64,000 bases of DNA, from positions 24,239,648-24,303,647 of the forward strand of contig NC_092673.1 of NCBI RefSeq assembly GCF_964355755.1, given 5' to 3'. The position numbers were made by a program, and so were the translations under genes. The notes below the pieces were generated by a model. That model saw only the letters and a list, made by a program, of their open reading frames with translations, made no database searches and was not told the DNA's origin. Source of the DNA: Antedon mediterranea. Lineage: Eukaryota; Animalia; Echinodermata. This document shows positions 13,151 to 24,184 of the stretch, one piece after another (position 1 is the stretch's first letter; every line of letters begins with the position of its first letter).

Positions 13151-15689
13151 TTATTGTGCCGCTAAAAAAAACCCCCTCAGTCCCATGCATGCCCAGACCT
13201 ATGTGTCTAAATGTTGTCGACTTCATTATAAACCATAATGCATGTGAGGAAATGTCTGTGTTTATTACACTCAATCGTGTTTCGACCTAATTATGTGTAG
13301 TCGTTTGACCTGTGTTTTCCAATTTCCTAATAAAATAGTTCACACTATGTACAAAGTGACTTGTTTAAAACAAAAATAAATTCAAATATTGTTTCATCGA
13401 ATATTAAGACCGACAGACAGCAAGGTTGTCTGGAAAATTCGCAGAAAAAGTGTAAAATGGTTATACTAGGCCTGGTTTATGGTTTATTCTTGATATTATC
13501 ATGCTTAACACAATTTGTGGTTTTATTATAATACTGTATTAGTAATTTTTCCTATTTATGTTGTGATGGAAGGAATATCGGGCTAGCATATGGAATGTAT
13601 GGATTATTAGAGATGGTTAGATAAAGAACTTGTTACACAATCAGCAAGTCGATTGTGGCTAAGTGAATGCTTGGGACCCAACCAGAATGTTCTGTTTCTA
13701 ATTAAAGATGTATTGGCCTCTAACCCCCCCCCCCCCCCTCCCCCACCCCAAAAAACAACATAGCAAATGAAGATGAATAAAATCTGACTTATTGCAGTTT
13801 TAATAAAGTTATTCAATTCTGTAAAAAAATAATTAATTAGTTAATTTTAACCAAAAACAATATTTTTTTTTTGCGGTTATTACATCTTTTTAGGTAAATC
13901 ATTTTTGTTTTAGATCCAGTTTTTTGTCAAAGTGAAAAACTATTACGCGATATTAAAAAGGCATATTCAAAAAAAAAATATCTTTAAAGGATGATTGGTA
14001 ACACAATTTATAAACACATAATTTACACACATACACAAAGCATCTAAATATATTTGCAAAATAAAAAAACACTTTATTTAAATGCTTCTAATTTAAACTA
14101 TTAGCATTTTCATTATTTTTGTTTATGTATTTGATAAATGTACAAACTACTGTATTCAAGAAAAAATACTGAACTACGTGGTTAAAAGTTCGTTAAACAA
14201 CAAAAACAACCGGACTTTATATATCGTCGTATATAGCCGAATGAATTACCTCCGGAGGCCATATTAGAGTGGATAATATTGAAAGGAAACATGAACTTGT
14301 GAACTATAATTATGTGTCGATAGTTAAATATTACAATCCAAAATATGTATGTAGACATAAACACTGCTTCATTGCGAATGTCGTCATAAACAAATCTTAA
14401 ACGGTGCAAAACTTGTTAAGACTTTAATTTTTAAAATGGGGTTATGTTATGGCGCTATACCTATAACCTAAATAATGTGGTAGAGTAGGTCTATATAATA
14501 AATATGAACAAAATAGCTAGACCAACGCCCTAGGCAAGACGACACCATTAAATCAGATGATAGTCTGATAATAAGGAAGTTATCAGGTTCCCGCCAATTG
14601 GGGCGGGATGTTTAGCAACGCTTCCTCTAATCGATGTCAAATTGAGGACTATATTGGTATATTTTAGTAACGTAGTATATTTCAGGATTTTGAAACAGGC
14701 AGATATGGGGCGGGGGTGGGCCAAAACATTGTTTAAGTGAACATCCTTTTTTTTTAACTTTAATTTTTGGGAATTTGGGGACGACTTCACCTTCCATTGG
14801 ATCAGCCTACATGATGACCGAGGTTATAAAATACTTTTGACTGGAGAAAGTAAACCGAAGATGTTTCTAATTGAAGGATCGGAAGACTTAATTTATCCCC
14901 ATATAAAAACATAACTATGGCCTCTAAAACAAAAAAATGCCTGCTGTTATATTACTGGCTATTATCATTATCAAGATGAAGATGTAATACCTAATAAATG
15001 TTTTTGTAATTATGTGTATGGTATTATTAGAGCCATAAAATGAAGGAATCTTTCTCCTGTGGATATTATCTTCTCAAGATATACTTCTTGTTTTGGCACT
15101 TTGAAGCGGTGTTAATCATGCATATCGGCCAAATCTGTGGTTGATTGCATGTGTAAAAAGGTTATAAGTTGACATCAACAATACATGAATAGTGTATGCA
15201 GAGCAATATGCAGGATTTGATTAGGATGGGTGCGAAATTCTATAATTTATATTGGGCCCAATTTCGTACTTTGGGAGGGAACTGAGTAACCTGGGATATG
15301 GGGTGGGAGTGGGTTGTTCATGGAGCAATATACATAATAATTAATTCGATTGATTTTCATGAAGCATGTATTTATTGTGTATTTTTTGGATGTTATCCGT
15401 AAAAATCTGATGATTGACTCGTGATTATATTACTTATTATTATTAGAAGGCTGGGATGGTCCTTTTTGAAAATTGAAATGTGGTGCGGGGCCAGTGGTGG
15501 AGGTGCGTGAGTGAGGGAGGGAACGCGCGATACGTATGTGTATTTCAACAAAACCTTGACAATGCGCATCGCGTGATGAAGCGCAGTACGTCATGAATGT
15601 ATCTTAGTAACCGCATAGTAACATTACAACAACTGATCTTAACATTTGAGATTGAACTTTATCTGACAAACTCTTCGTAAAAACCGGCA

Positions 15690-15712
15690 ATGGAATCGAA
15701 AAAAATTAAACG
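15690..15712 (+). CDS. Orphan basic protein copy A, exon 1 (MESKKIK-R)
   Basis: gcaATGG start and CG|gtaagt donor; identical in copy B. Confidence 0.75.
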
Positions 15713-16134
15713 GTAAGTCAATTATTACAGGATGATTTGTTACGAATAAACTATTTAGTGTGTTGTACAAGTTTTAAATCAAAATCTTGAAAGTTATAAT
15801 TATCGGAAACCAATGAGTTGGTAGAGAGATAGATTAGGCCTAAGGCCTAGGCTAACCTCCTACTACTCGCTAACTGCGGTACAAGTATTCTACAATATTA
15901 TTAAGAATCTTGTTCCATATTTCATTAAACTTGTTTTTTTTTTTATTAACTGTTATAGGAATAAATGTTTTCATTTATTTGTTTTAAATGTATATTTTTA
16001 TTCAGGTATTTACTTAGTTTGAATTACATTGTAGGCCTATATATGCGCGTTGCTGACAGTCAGTGTATTATAAACATTTTTTTAGATTAAATATTTACCA
16101 TAACATTATTATTATTATTGAATTTACATTACAG

Positions 16135-16214
16135 TTCTTCAAGAATCCGTGGTGATTATAGGAGAGAACGAATGGCATCACGCCCTCGAACTGGTTCTGA
16201 TTATTCTCTACCAG
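16135..16214 (+). CDS. Orphan basic protein copy A, exon 2
   Basis: ttacag|...CCAG|gtaggc; 80 nt, phase 2 to 1; reads SSRIRGDYRRERMASRPRTGSDYSLP. Confidence 0.75.
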
Positions 16215-16366
16215 GTAGGCATGGCGTCTTTTTTTCAACCATCAAATAATTATTATCATTCACTTTATGTTCAGATTATTATGTTGTTCATTCGCATTGG
16301 TTGGGTTTAATACAAAAATAAATTATAGCCTATATATTTATGACTTTGTAATTTCTTATTTTAAAG

Positions 16367-17031
16367 AGAGAAAGGAGTCATCTGGTGACAGGACAATCCC
16401 TCAAGTTGACAACAACAAAAAGAAAACCCAGAGGAAGCCCAAAAATCGACAGGGAGAAAGGAGTCTTCTGGAAATAGCCAATCCATCCGGGCAGACTAGC
16501 CTTCTCCAACAATTACGTACCTCTAGTCTGTCTGGAAGGAATTTGATTACTGCTGCCCAGGAGGAGCAAGGCCATGAATCTAATAAAAGATCAAGTTTTC
16601 TTCCAAATATTCAACAAGGCAGGACGTCGTTGATCAATCAACCCACTACGAGTGACATCCAATGTATTTTGGAAAATAACATTAACCAACGAAATTCAAA
16701 GAAAAGGGAAAAGAGGTCTAAGAAGAAGGAACAGAAGGCATCAAAGAAAAAACCAGAAGATTTTGAAAGTGTTGAAAGACCAGTTTGTTTCGAAGACACT
16801 GACATCGTACTACAGCTCTCCATACCTGCACCACGGCGTGATGCGTATCTTACCAAGACCGAAATAGACCAATGGGGACAACGATCGAGTGACTTGGAAC
16901 CACTCGAGGTGGTCCCAAAACAACCCGGCAAACTAAAACAAAACGTTTGCTTCAGGCAGAAACCAGGAAGGCAAGAAGCTGTAGAAGACTACTACATGCT
17001 CCATTACCTCAATCACAAAATTTCCCCCTGA
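16367..17031 (+). CDS. Orphan Lys/Arg/Gln-rich protein copy A, exon 3 (total 255 aa)
   Basis: Acceptor tttcttattttaaag, phase 1, joins the long ORF at ERKESSGDR. The three exons sum to 768 nt. No recognisable domain. Confidence 0.8.
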
Positions 17032-17574
17032 GTCAACATATTTTATTCCGGCCAGAAAAATACTTTTTAAATCATGTTCTAGTCGATTGGATGAAGTTGT
17101 CATGTGCGTTGCACTTATTACTGAAGTTTTGAATTTTTGTTTTACATTAATATCTTGGTTTCTAGTTCAACTCTGCAGTAGTGAACATGAAATGAGCAAC
17201 ACCTACGTATGAAGCGCCAAGGAGAAATTGATTTTGCGCCACGTAATAAAAATAACAATGAACAATTGTATTTACTTTACTTTCTGTGTTACGAATTTTA
17301 AAAGATTTTAATAAAGAAAGATATTGAAACTATGTTAACTCTCCGGTTGTTTTTATTTTGAATGCAAAAACTTAATTAATATAGATTTCAACTTAAACTG
17401 AACGCTTTCAACGGTTCGTGATCATAGAAGTAATTTAAGAATACATTTTTGGATAAATGCCTATATGAACACAAATCAGCTGATATAATGTATTTTAAAA
17501 TTGAGGTAGACCTAATTAAATTATGAAATGTAAAAGTTTTCTATTTTTAATTGTTATTATATCAAGTTCAAAAA

Positions 17575-18065
17575 ACATTTATTTATTCAACAATGGCATT
17601 ATACAGTATAGTATAATTATAGGTGTGTACATAAATAAAAACATAGTAATAAGCCATCATTTGGGGTCTTCTCTAGAAGAAAACAAGTTTCTTGTCTCGA
17701 GAAAGACCCCAGAAACAATACACATACATTTAAACTAATACAATTTACTACATAAAATAATAAATAAAAACAAAAACGATGAAATAAAAATAGTTACTTT
17801 CAGTGTACTACAATCATAATAATATTAAAATTAGTATAAAGAAATAAGATATTTTTTTAAATTTTTACGAAAAGTATAAAGAGATTTAAAATGCTTTAGT
17901 TTATCATCAAGATCATTTCAGATTCGCGGTCCTGAAACAGAAACAAAATATTCGGAAATTTTCAGTCTAAAAGGAGGTACATCAAGATGCTGAAATTTAT
18001 TGTCGATACGTAAATAATGTATTAAATTCATGCTTTGCCTGACTGCTTTGAAGAAATAGAGATGT
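17575..18065 (-). mobile_element. 3' fragment of an L2/CR1-clade LINE between the two orphan gene copies
   Basis: Minus strand reads ...QHLDVPPFRLKISEYFVSVSGPRI*NDLDDKLKHFKSLYTFRKNLKKYLISLY*, the typical GP.IWN.L...F...LK.YL end of ORF2. It is followed by an AT-rich UTR and a gaataaataaa tail. Confidence 0.7.
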
Positions 18066-18853
18066 GTTAGGCCTTACAGTACAGTAAAACCGAATAAGGT
18101 TTCTGATTTTATTTGTTTTAAATATCAATGAATTGCAGCGTAATTAGGCTATACATTCTAAATGAAATTTTTCATTCTAAATGACATCTTGCTCCTTAAC
18201 TAATGTTATTCCTAAATGTTAAACTCCAATGACATAACATAGAGTATAAAGAGAAATTTATATGGCGGATATTTATAAGGGACGTCAGCTTTTGTTTTTG
18301 ATTCTATCCTAAACAATACTGTTCGTATCAAACGCCAGCAGAGAAGTAGCTTTAATGGTAGTTCAGCCGTGGCTGAGTTGTTCCTCCTCCTTTGGGTTAA
18401 TATCAAAAAGTGTGGTTCCTGTTTTTGCTATGACGTAATTCAGAGAGTCTATGACACTTTCAAACAATGGATCATTATTTAACATTAAAAATATCGTGTG
18501 TCGTTGACTGCCAATTTGTTTCCTCCTCGTCCGTGAGATGTATTATTGGTGAAAATGTAACCTATACACAAAACTACGATGAAGTATTTTCAAAAACCAC
18601 CATCCAAACGTTCGGGGGAGAGAGAGAGGGGGTGGTGGGGGAGAGGAGAGGGGGGGGGGAGTGGAGAGAGAGAAGGGTGGGGGCGCGCGATACGTATGTG
18701 TGTATTTGAACGAAATTTCGAAAATGCGCATCGCGCGATGAAGCACAGTACGTCAGTGTATCTTAGTAACCGCATAGTAACAGTACAACAAAATTAATGA
18801 TATTAACGTTTGAGATTGAACTTTATCTGAAAAACTCTTCGCAAAAACCAGCA

Positions 18854-18876
18854 ATGGAATCGAAAAAAATTAAACG
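18854..18876 (+). CDS. Orphan basic protein copy B, exon 1
   Basis: Same ATGGAATCGAAAAAAATTAAACG|gtaagt as copy A. Confidence 0.75.
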
Positions 18877-19302
18877 GTAAGTCAATTATCATAGCACTAT
18901 TTGTTAAGAATAAACTATTTAGTGTGTTGTAAAAATTACAGAAGTTTTAAACCAAAGTCTTGGAAGTTATAACTATCGGAAACCAATGAGTTGGTAGAGA
19001 GATAGATTAGGCCTAAGGCCTAGGCTAGCCTCCTACTAACTGAGGCATACTGTTATACAAGTATTGTACAATATTATAAGACTGTTGTTTCATATTTTAT
19101 TAGGCTTAGTTTTATTTATTTGTTTTAAATATATATTTTTATTCAGGTATTTGGTTTGAATTACATCGTAGGCCTATATACACGCGTTGCTGACAGTCAG
19201 TGTATTATAAACATTTTAGATTAAATATTTACCAATAACATTATTATTATTATTATTAGTAGTGGTGTTATAATTATTATTATTATTTAATTTACATTAC
19301 AG

Positions 19303-19382
19303 TTCTTCAAGAATCCGTGGTGATTCTAGGAGAGAACGAATGGCATCACGCTCTCCAGCTAATTTTGATTACTCTCTACCAG
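19303..19382 (+). CDS. Orphan basic protein copy B, exon 2
   Basis: 80 nt with the same splice sites as copy A; reads SSRIRGDSRRERMASRSPANFDYSLP. Confidence 0.75.
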
Positions 19383-19551
19383 GTAGGCACGACGTCATTT
19401 TTTCAACCATCAAATATTATCCTTAACATCAGTCCTAAATATAATTCACTTTTTGTTCAGATTATTATGTTGTTCATTCGCATTGGTTGGGTTAAAATAA
19501 AAACAAATTATAGCCTATATATTTATGACTTTGTAATTTCTTATTTTAAAG

Positions 19552-20210
19552 AGAGGAAGGAGTCATCTGGTGACCGGACAATCCCTCAAGTTGACAACAA
19601 CAGAAAGAAAACCAAGAGGAAGCCCAAAAAGCGACAGGGAGAAAGGAGTCTTCTGGAAATAGCCAATCCATCCGGGCAGACTAGCCTTCTCCAAAAATTA
19701 CGTACCTCTAGTCTGTCTGAAAGGAATTTGATTACTGCTGCCCAGGAGGAGCAAGGCCATGAATCTAATAAAGGATCAAGTTTTCTTCCAAATCTTCAAC
19801 AAGGCAGGACGTTGTTGATAAATCAACCCATGATGAGGGACATCCAATGTGTTTTGGAAAATAACAATAACCAACGAAATACAAAGAAAAGGGAAAAGAG
19901 GTCTAAGAAGAAGGAACAGAAGGAATCAACAAAAGAACCAGAAGATTTTGAAAGTTTTGAAAGACCAGTTTGTTTCGATGACATCGTACCACAACTCGCC
20001 ATACCTGCACCACGGTGTGATGCATATCTTACAATGACCGAAATAGACCAATGGGGACAACGATCGAGTGACTTGGAACCACTCGAAGTGGTACCAAAAC
20101 TGCCCGGCAAACCAAAACAAAACGTTTGCTTCAGGCAGAAACCAGCAAGACAAGAAGCTGTAGAAGATTACTACATGATTCATTATGTTAACCACAAAAT
20201 GTCCCCTTAA
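19552..20210 (+). CDS. Orphan Lys/Arg/Gln-rich protein copy B, exon 3 (total 253 aa)
   Basis: Paralogous to copy A with an in-frame 6-nt indel; the stop codon is at the homologous position. Confidence 0.8.
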
Positions 20211-21265
20211 ACTACCCCTCAGACTATACTAAAACAAACTTTTTTAAATTATGGTTCAGTCGTGAACGTGTTTTGGAGTAATAAGTGCAATGCAAATAAC
20301 TGAAGCTGAAGGATAGAATTATCTTGGTTATCTAGATCAACTCTGCAGAGGACTATGAAATAAGTGACACGTACACCTGAGTATACGTAAAAGAGCCCCA
20401 AGAAGAAAGTGATCATAAAGAAAATTTGTTGTTATACATTTATAATAATCAGGCTTTAATGAAGTTGCTTTACTAAACAAGATCGTTTCAAGATCAATCC
20501 CGATAGAATATAGCTTAAAATGGACACTGCTATTTGGTAGAATTATAGACCTAATAGAGATCAAGAAGAAAAATGTTATTAACTTTGTGTGTAGTACAGC
20601 TTGAGTATATACCGGATGGCGTTTCATATCATGACGCCAATGGCGTTCCATAACTATTTTAAAAATAAAGTATATTCTTGCTTTTCAACTAACAAGTACA
20701 GTCTGGAGGTCACAGTTTGTTGAGAATAATTGTACAAAGATATTTAAAAAATACAAGATATTGAAATTGATTTTATTGATTGTTTTTATTCTAAATTTAG
20801 AAATTTAATTGAGATAGATTTCTACTAAACTAAACGCTTTCTAAAGGATTTATGTCAAGCAAGTATTTATTTTATTTAAGAATACTTGTTTGCAAAATGT
20901 CTATTGTGCGTGGCAGAGCACATATCAGCTGATTTATTCAAAGAATGTATTGTATTACTTAAATCAATATTGTCAACTATGAATAAGGGATCTTCGGCAG
21001 TCAAGCGAAGCTTCGACGCCTGTTAATGTAACTAATAATACGAATAACAATGGCGTCATAAAGAATGAAACAATAACCACAATTCTAGGGTTTAGTAGTT
21101 GCATACAAGTTCTCTTTTACACAACTCATCCTGGCTTCTTGAGACCCCATTTAATTATTTAATTTTAACATTTTTGTGATGATGAATAAACGTACTCGGA
21201 TTAAATTGACAATTTTAATGGTTGAGTAAACAGTACCATTGTGATTAAAATCATTTCTCATCTCA

Positions 21266-21294
21266 TCACGTGACTTGCTTTTCTGGAATTTCCC
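21266..21294 (+). promoter_or_regulatory. Candidate immune-responsive promoter module: E-box, GAS-like site and kB site
   Basis: TCACGTGAC at 21266-21274, TTTCTGGAA (TTNCNNNAA) at 21280-21288 and GGAATTTCCC at 21285-21294 (reverse complement GGGAAATTCC). It lies about 90 bp upstream of a putative donor aaa|gtaaga (21384) whose intron would end at the acceptor at 21865. Confidence 0.5.
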
Positions 21295-21885
21295 ATGTCA
21301 CACCTTTAATTTTGATGCTTGTCTTCGTTTGCGCTTTTAATCTCTCAACATATCCTGATTAGAAAGCGGCCGATTTTTATAAAGTAAGATCATTTAAGAT
21401 AGTCGAGTTAATAATAATGTAGGCTTACACTGTAACCGTCGTATTGTTGACTGGCTTGCCTCCTCACCAGCGTGTAGGTTGCTGTTAATAATGTTGTACA
21501 CTATTTGTCCGTATGTATCAGAGTAAGCTATACTATACGTACGGAGCATGCCTAAATAGCGCAACTTAAGGATGTCTGACGTGCGCTGCACGTAATTTTA
21601 CTAATCACTAGAAACCTTTTACCAAAGGCCAAGTCGTTTCGCCCCAATAAAATTAATCAAATTTATTTATTTTGATTTAAGGACATAGTAGAAAAAAATG
21701 GTATTCTTACATGATGTTAAATTATGTTATAAAGTGTTTTCACTCCTATTAGGTTATTGCTTGGAACTTTTTCTTGTAGGCCTACTTTTTCTTGATATTC
21801 TAGCCAATCAATATAAGGCTATAAGATCAGCCTAATATACATTCAAATACACTTATTTTTCTTAGAAAAACACCACTGATATAGT

Positions 21886-23676
21886 ATGACGTCGTTACTA
21901 GACTTACAAAATCAACTTCGTGACTTCCCTTGTCATTTTATGTGGGAACTTGAAAAGAAGTCCATCAAACAATTCGGATCCCCTATAAAGCTTATTGACG
22001 AGCATATCAGCGATTCTCCTGCTATGGTAATTGAGGGATTGTTGTTCAAAAGCTACCTTTTCTTTTCGGAGTTCAGAGGAAATGCGGAAAAGAAGAAAAC
22101 CGAATCAATGAAATGTATCAAAGATGTCCGCGATAGAATTCTAAAACAAGATGCATCAAGACAACCTCATATCAACGGTTATTTACTGATTGCTATTGCC
22201 CTTGAAGCCTGGTTTGACAGTCGCGACCAGACCAAACTGGAGGGTAACATTTTGGAGCTTCGAAGGCCGCTTGAATCACTTTATGTGAAGGGATCGCCAG
22301 AGCATAATATGTTTAAAGGAAGTATCCAAGCAACAAAGGGATTTGCCTTGTCTCGTGTCGGCATGCATCGATATACAGAGAGCATTACAGAGTTTGAAAC
22401 AGCATTAGAATTGTGTCCAGTAGAAAATAATTGGCGCTTTTCAATTGGCCTTCTGAGATGGAGGTTAGCTAAAGACTCGGCTAAAAACAGAAATCAAGTT
22501 TGTGATGGTATGAAAGACGTGCTGAGCATTTTCTCTAAGGTTTTAAAAATGAATCCTAATCACAGCTATGCATTAGTTCTTATTGCAGAAATAAGACGTA
22601 GACAGCAGCGTTATGATGAAGCAAAATCCTTTGTAAATTCAGCTCTGGAAAAAATTCCAGTAAATAGAAAGATATTGGGTGAAGCAATAGGAGTTTACAG
22701 AAGGATGGCATATTTTCAAGATGCCATAAGAGTTGTAAATTTCGCTGAAAAATTGAAAGAGCCGCCCAGTTCTTTCATTTATCACCAAGCTTATCTTGTA
22801 TACCGGGATATCTCGACTCCAAAATATCGTGGTGATCCTTCTCTAAAACTAGATTATCTCACAAAAGCAACCGAGGCGAATCCATCGAATCTTTACGCAA
22901 GATGTGACTACGCGGAGGAACTTATTGCCGCAGGGAAATACGATGAAGCTACCGATTGTTTCAACCAGCTCCTGGAAAATTTTAAAGACGACTTTGAGTC
23001 TGTGATTCGCATCAATCTTAACTTTGCTTGGTTTCTCAAAAAACAAAAGAAATGGAGAGAAGCTAATGCTAAATTTCAGAAGGCTGTTGATGTGGCATTA
23101 GATGAATGTAAACAAGATGGTGGTCCACCCATCATTTTCTTTAAAGAGGTTGATGAGAGGGTTAAACAATCAATTCAACAGATCGAGAAGTTCCACGAAG
23201 GAGTGCTCAGAAGAGATCCCAGAAATGTTACATCAAGATTACAGCTAGCAGAATTAAAAGACAAACTTGGCAATAAAAATCGTGCGTGTTGGCACTTTCA
23301 AAAAGTGCTTGACTTGAAGTTAAACATTGACAAAGAACGCGAATGGGAAATTCTCCAATATTTAGCTAAAGTCAAGACGAAGAATGGTATGCTTGGTGAC
23401 GTTGATAGCATAATTGAAAATATGACAAAACTGAATATTTCGCATCCTAAGTCTGATGTTATTAATGAAAGCAAGGCAACACTAGCCGTGCAGAAAGGCA
23501 AGGTTGCTCTACGTGAGAATAAGAGAGAAGATGCTATTAAGCTGATTTTAGAATCGGTTACACTTGGTAGCCTTACAGGAGCAAAACTTCTGCTCGAAGA
23601 GGTGAAACAGATGAAAAGAAACGATAGAAACTTCTACATATATTGTGCCCACATCGATATTTGTAATTGGAAGTAG
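21886..23676 (+). CDS. IFIT-like tetratricopeptide-repeat protein (596-aa ORF, intronless CDS), nested antisense in peptidase intron 1
   Basis: N-terminal LRDFPCHFMWEL matches the IFIT CHFTW motif. GFALSRVG..RY..SI..FE.ALE..P, RWRL, P..SYALVLIA, VYRR and SSFIYHQ occur in IFIT order, followed by extra TPRs. Acceptor ttttcttag lies 20 nt before the ATG. Confidence 0.85.
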   Translation: MTSLLDLQNQLRDFPCHFMWELEKKSIKQFGSPIKLIDEHISDSPAMVIEGLLFKSYLFFSEFRGNAEKKKTESMKCIKDVRDRILKQDASRQPHINGYLLIAIALEAWFDSRDQTKLEGNILELRRPLESLYVKGSPEHNMFKGSIQATKGFALSRVGMHRYTESITEFETALELCPVENNWRFSIGLLRWRLAKDSAKNRNQVCDGMKDVLSIFSKVLKMNPNHSYALVLIAEIRRRQQRYDEAKSFVNSALEKIPVNRKILGEAIGVYRRMAYFQDAIRVVNFAEKLKEPPSSFIYHQAYLVYRDISTPKYRGDPSLKLDYLTKATEANPSNLYARCDYAEELIAAGKYDEATDCFNQLLENFKDDFESVIRINLNFAWFLKKQKKWREANAKFQKAVDVALDECKQDGGPPIIFFKEVDERVKQSIQQIEKFHEGVLRRDPRNVTSRLQLAELKDKLGNKNRACWHFQKVLDLKLNIDKEREWEILQYLAKVKTKNGMLGDVDSIIENMTKLNISHPKSDVINESKATLAVQKGKVALRENKREDAIKLILESVTLGSLTGAKLLLEEVKQMKRNDRNFYIYCAHIDICNWK

Positions 23677-24184
23677 TCTCGAGAAAAACCAAAAGTTATT
23701 ACATGAATTAAAAGAGGATGTCACACAATTACTTTCTGCCAATTCTGTATGTGTCGTTTTACAAGATCTGAGAAAGAAACAATTTGAAATGGAGCGCAGC
23801 GTACTAAAAAATAGCGCAAATCTCTTGACAACACAACTTGAGGTAGTTCACAAATGCCGAAAAATCCTCAACCAGACAATGGCTAAATTTAGAGATCGTC
23901 ATTATGGAAACGTGGACCAATGTGACTATTTCAAAATTTCAAAATGTTCCTCTGAAAACATTGAAGAGGAAGTCAGGAAGAAACTCGAGAAGGGGTATAA
24001 GTGGAAAAAAACAAAGCCTACTTTTAAAAAGCGAGTACCTTTTACTGTAAATCGTTAACATTTCAATGTTTACGTAGAAGATTGCCGATTATTGTTAACG
24101 ATAGCATCGAATAACGTCGACAGGAAAACAGGCTTTAATGAATTGAAAGTAAATAAGATACAATATACTTTTGTGTCTGTTTGA
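23660..24184 (+). pseudogene. Frameshifted and stop-interrupted C-terminal continuation of the IFIT-like ORF
   Basis: A +1 frame overlapping the ORF end is open to TAA 24056-24058 with coding-like helical sequence. The same frame is open for 41 more codons to TGA 24182-24184. Confidence 0.6.

Noticed and set aside
16267-16366. Hydrophobic N-terminus of ORF 16267 (and 19317-19551 in copy B) as a signal or TM segment
   Set aside because: It is intron 2 read in frame; the splice sites and phases conserved in both copies define the real N-terminus.
23640-23680. Programmed ribosomal frameshift or micro-intron joining the IFIT-like ORF to its continuation
   Set aside because: No slippery heptamer, stimulatory structure or plausible intron was seen. 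A second lesion at 24056 favours decay or assembly error.
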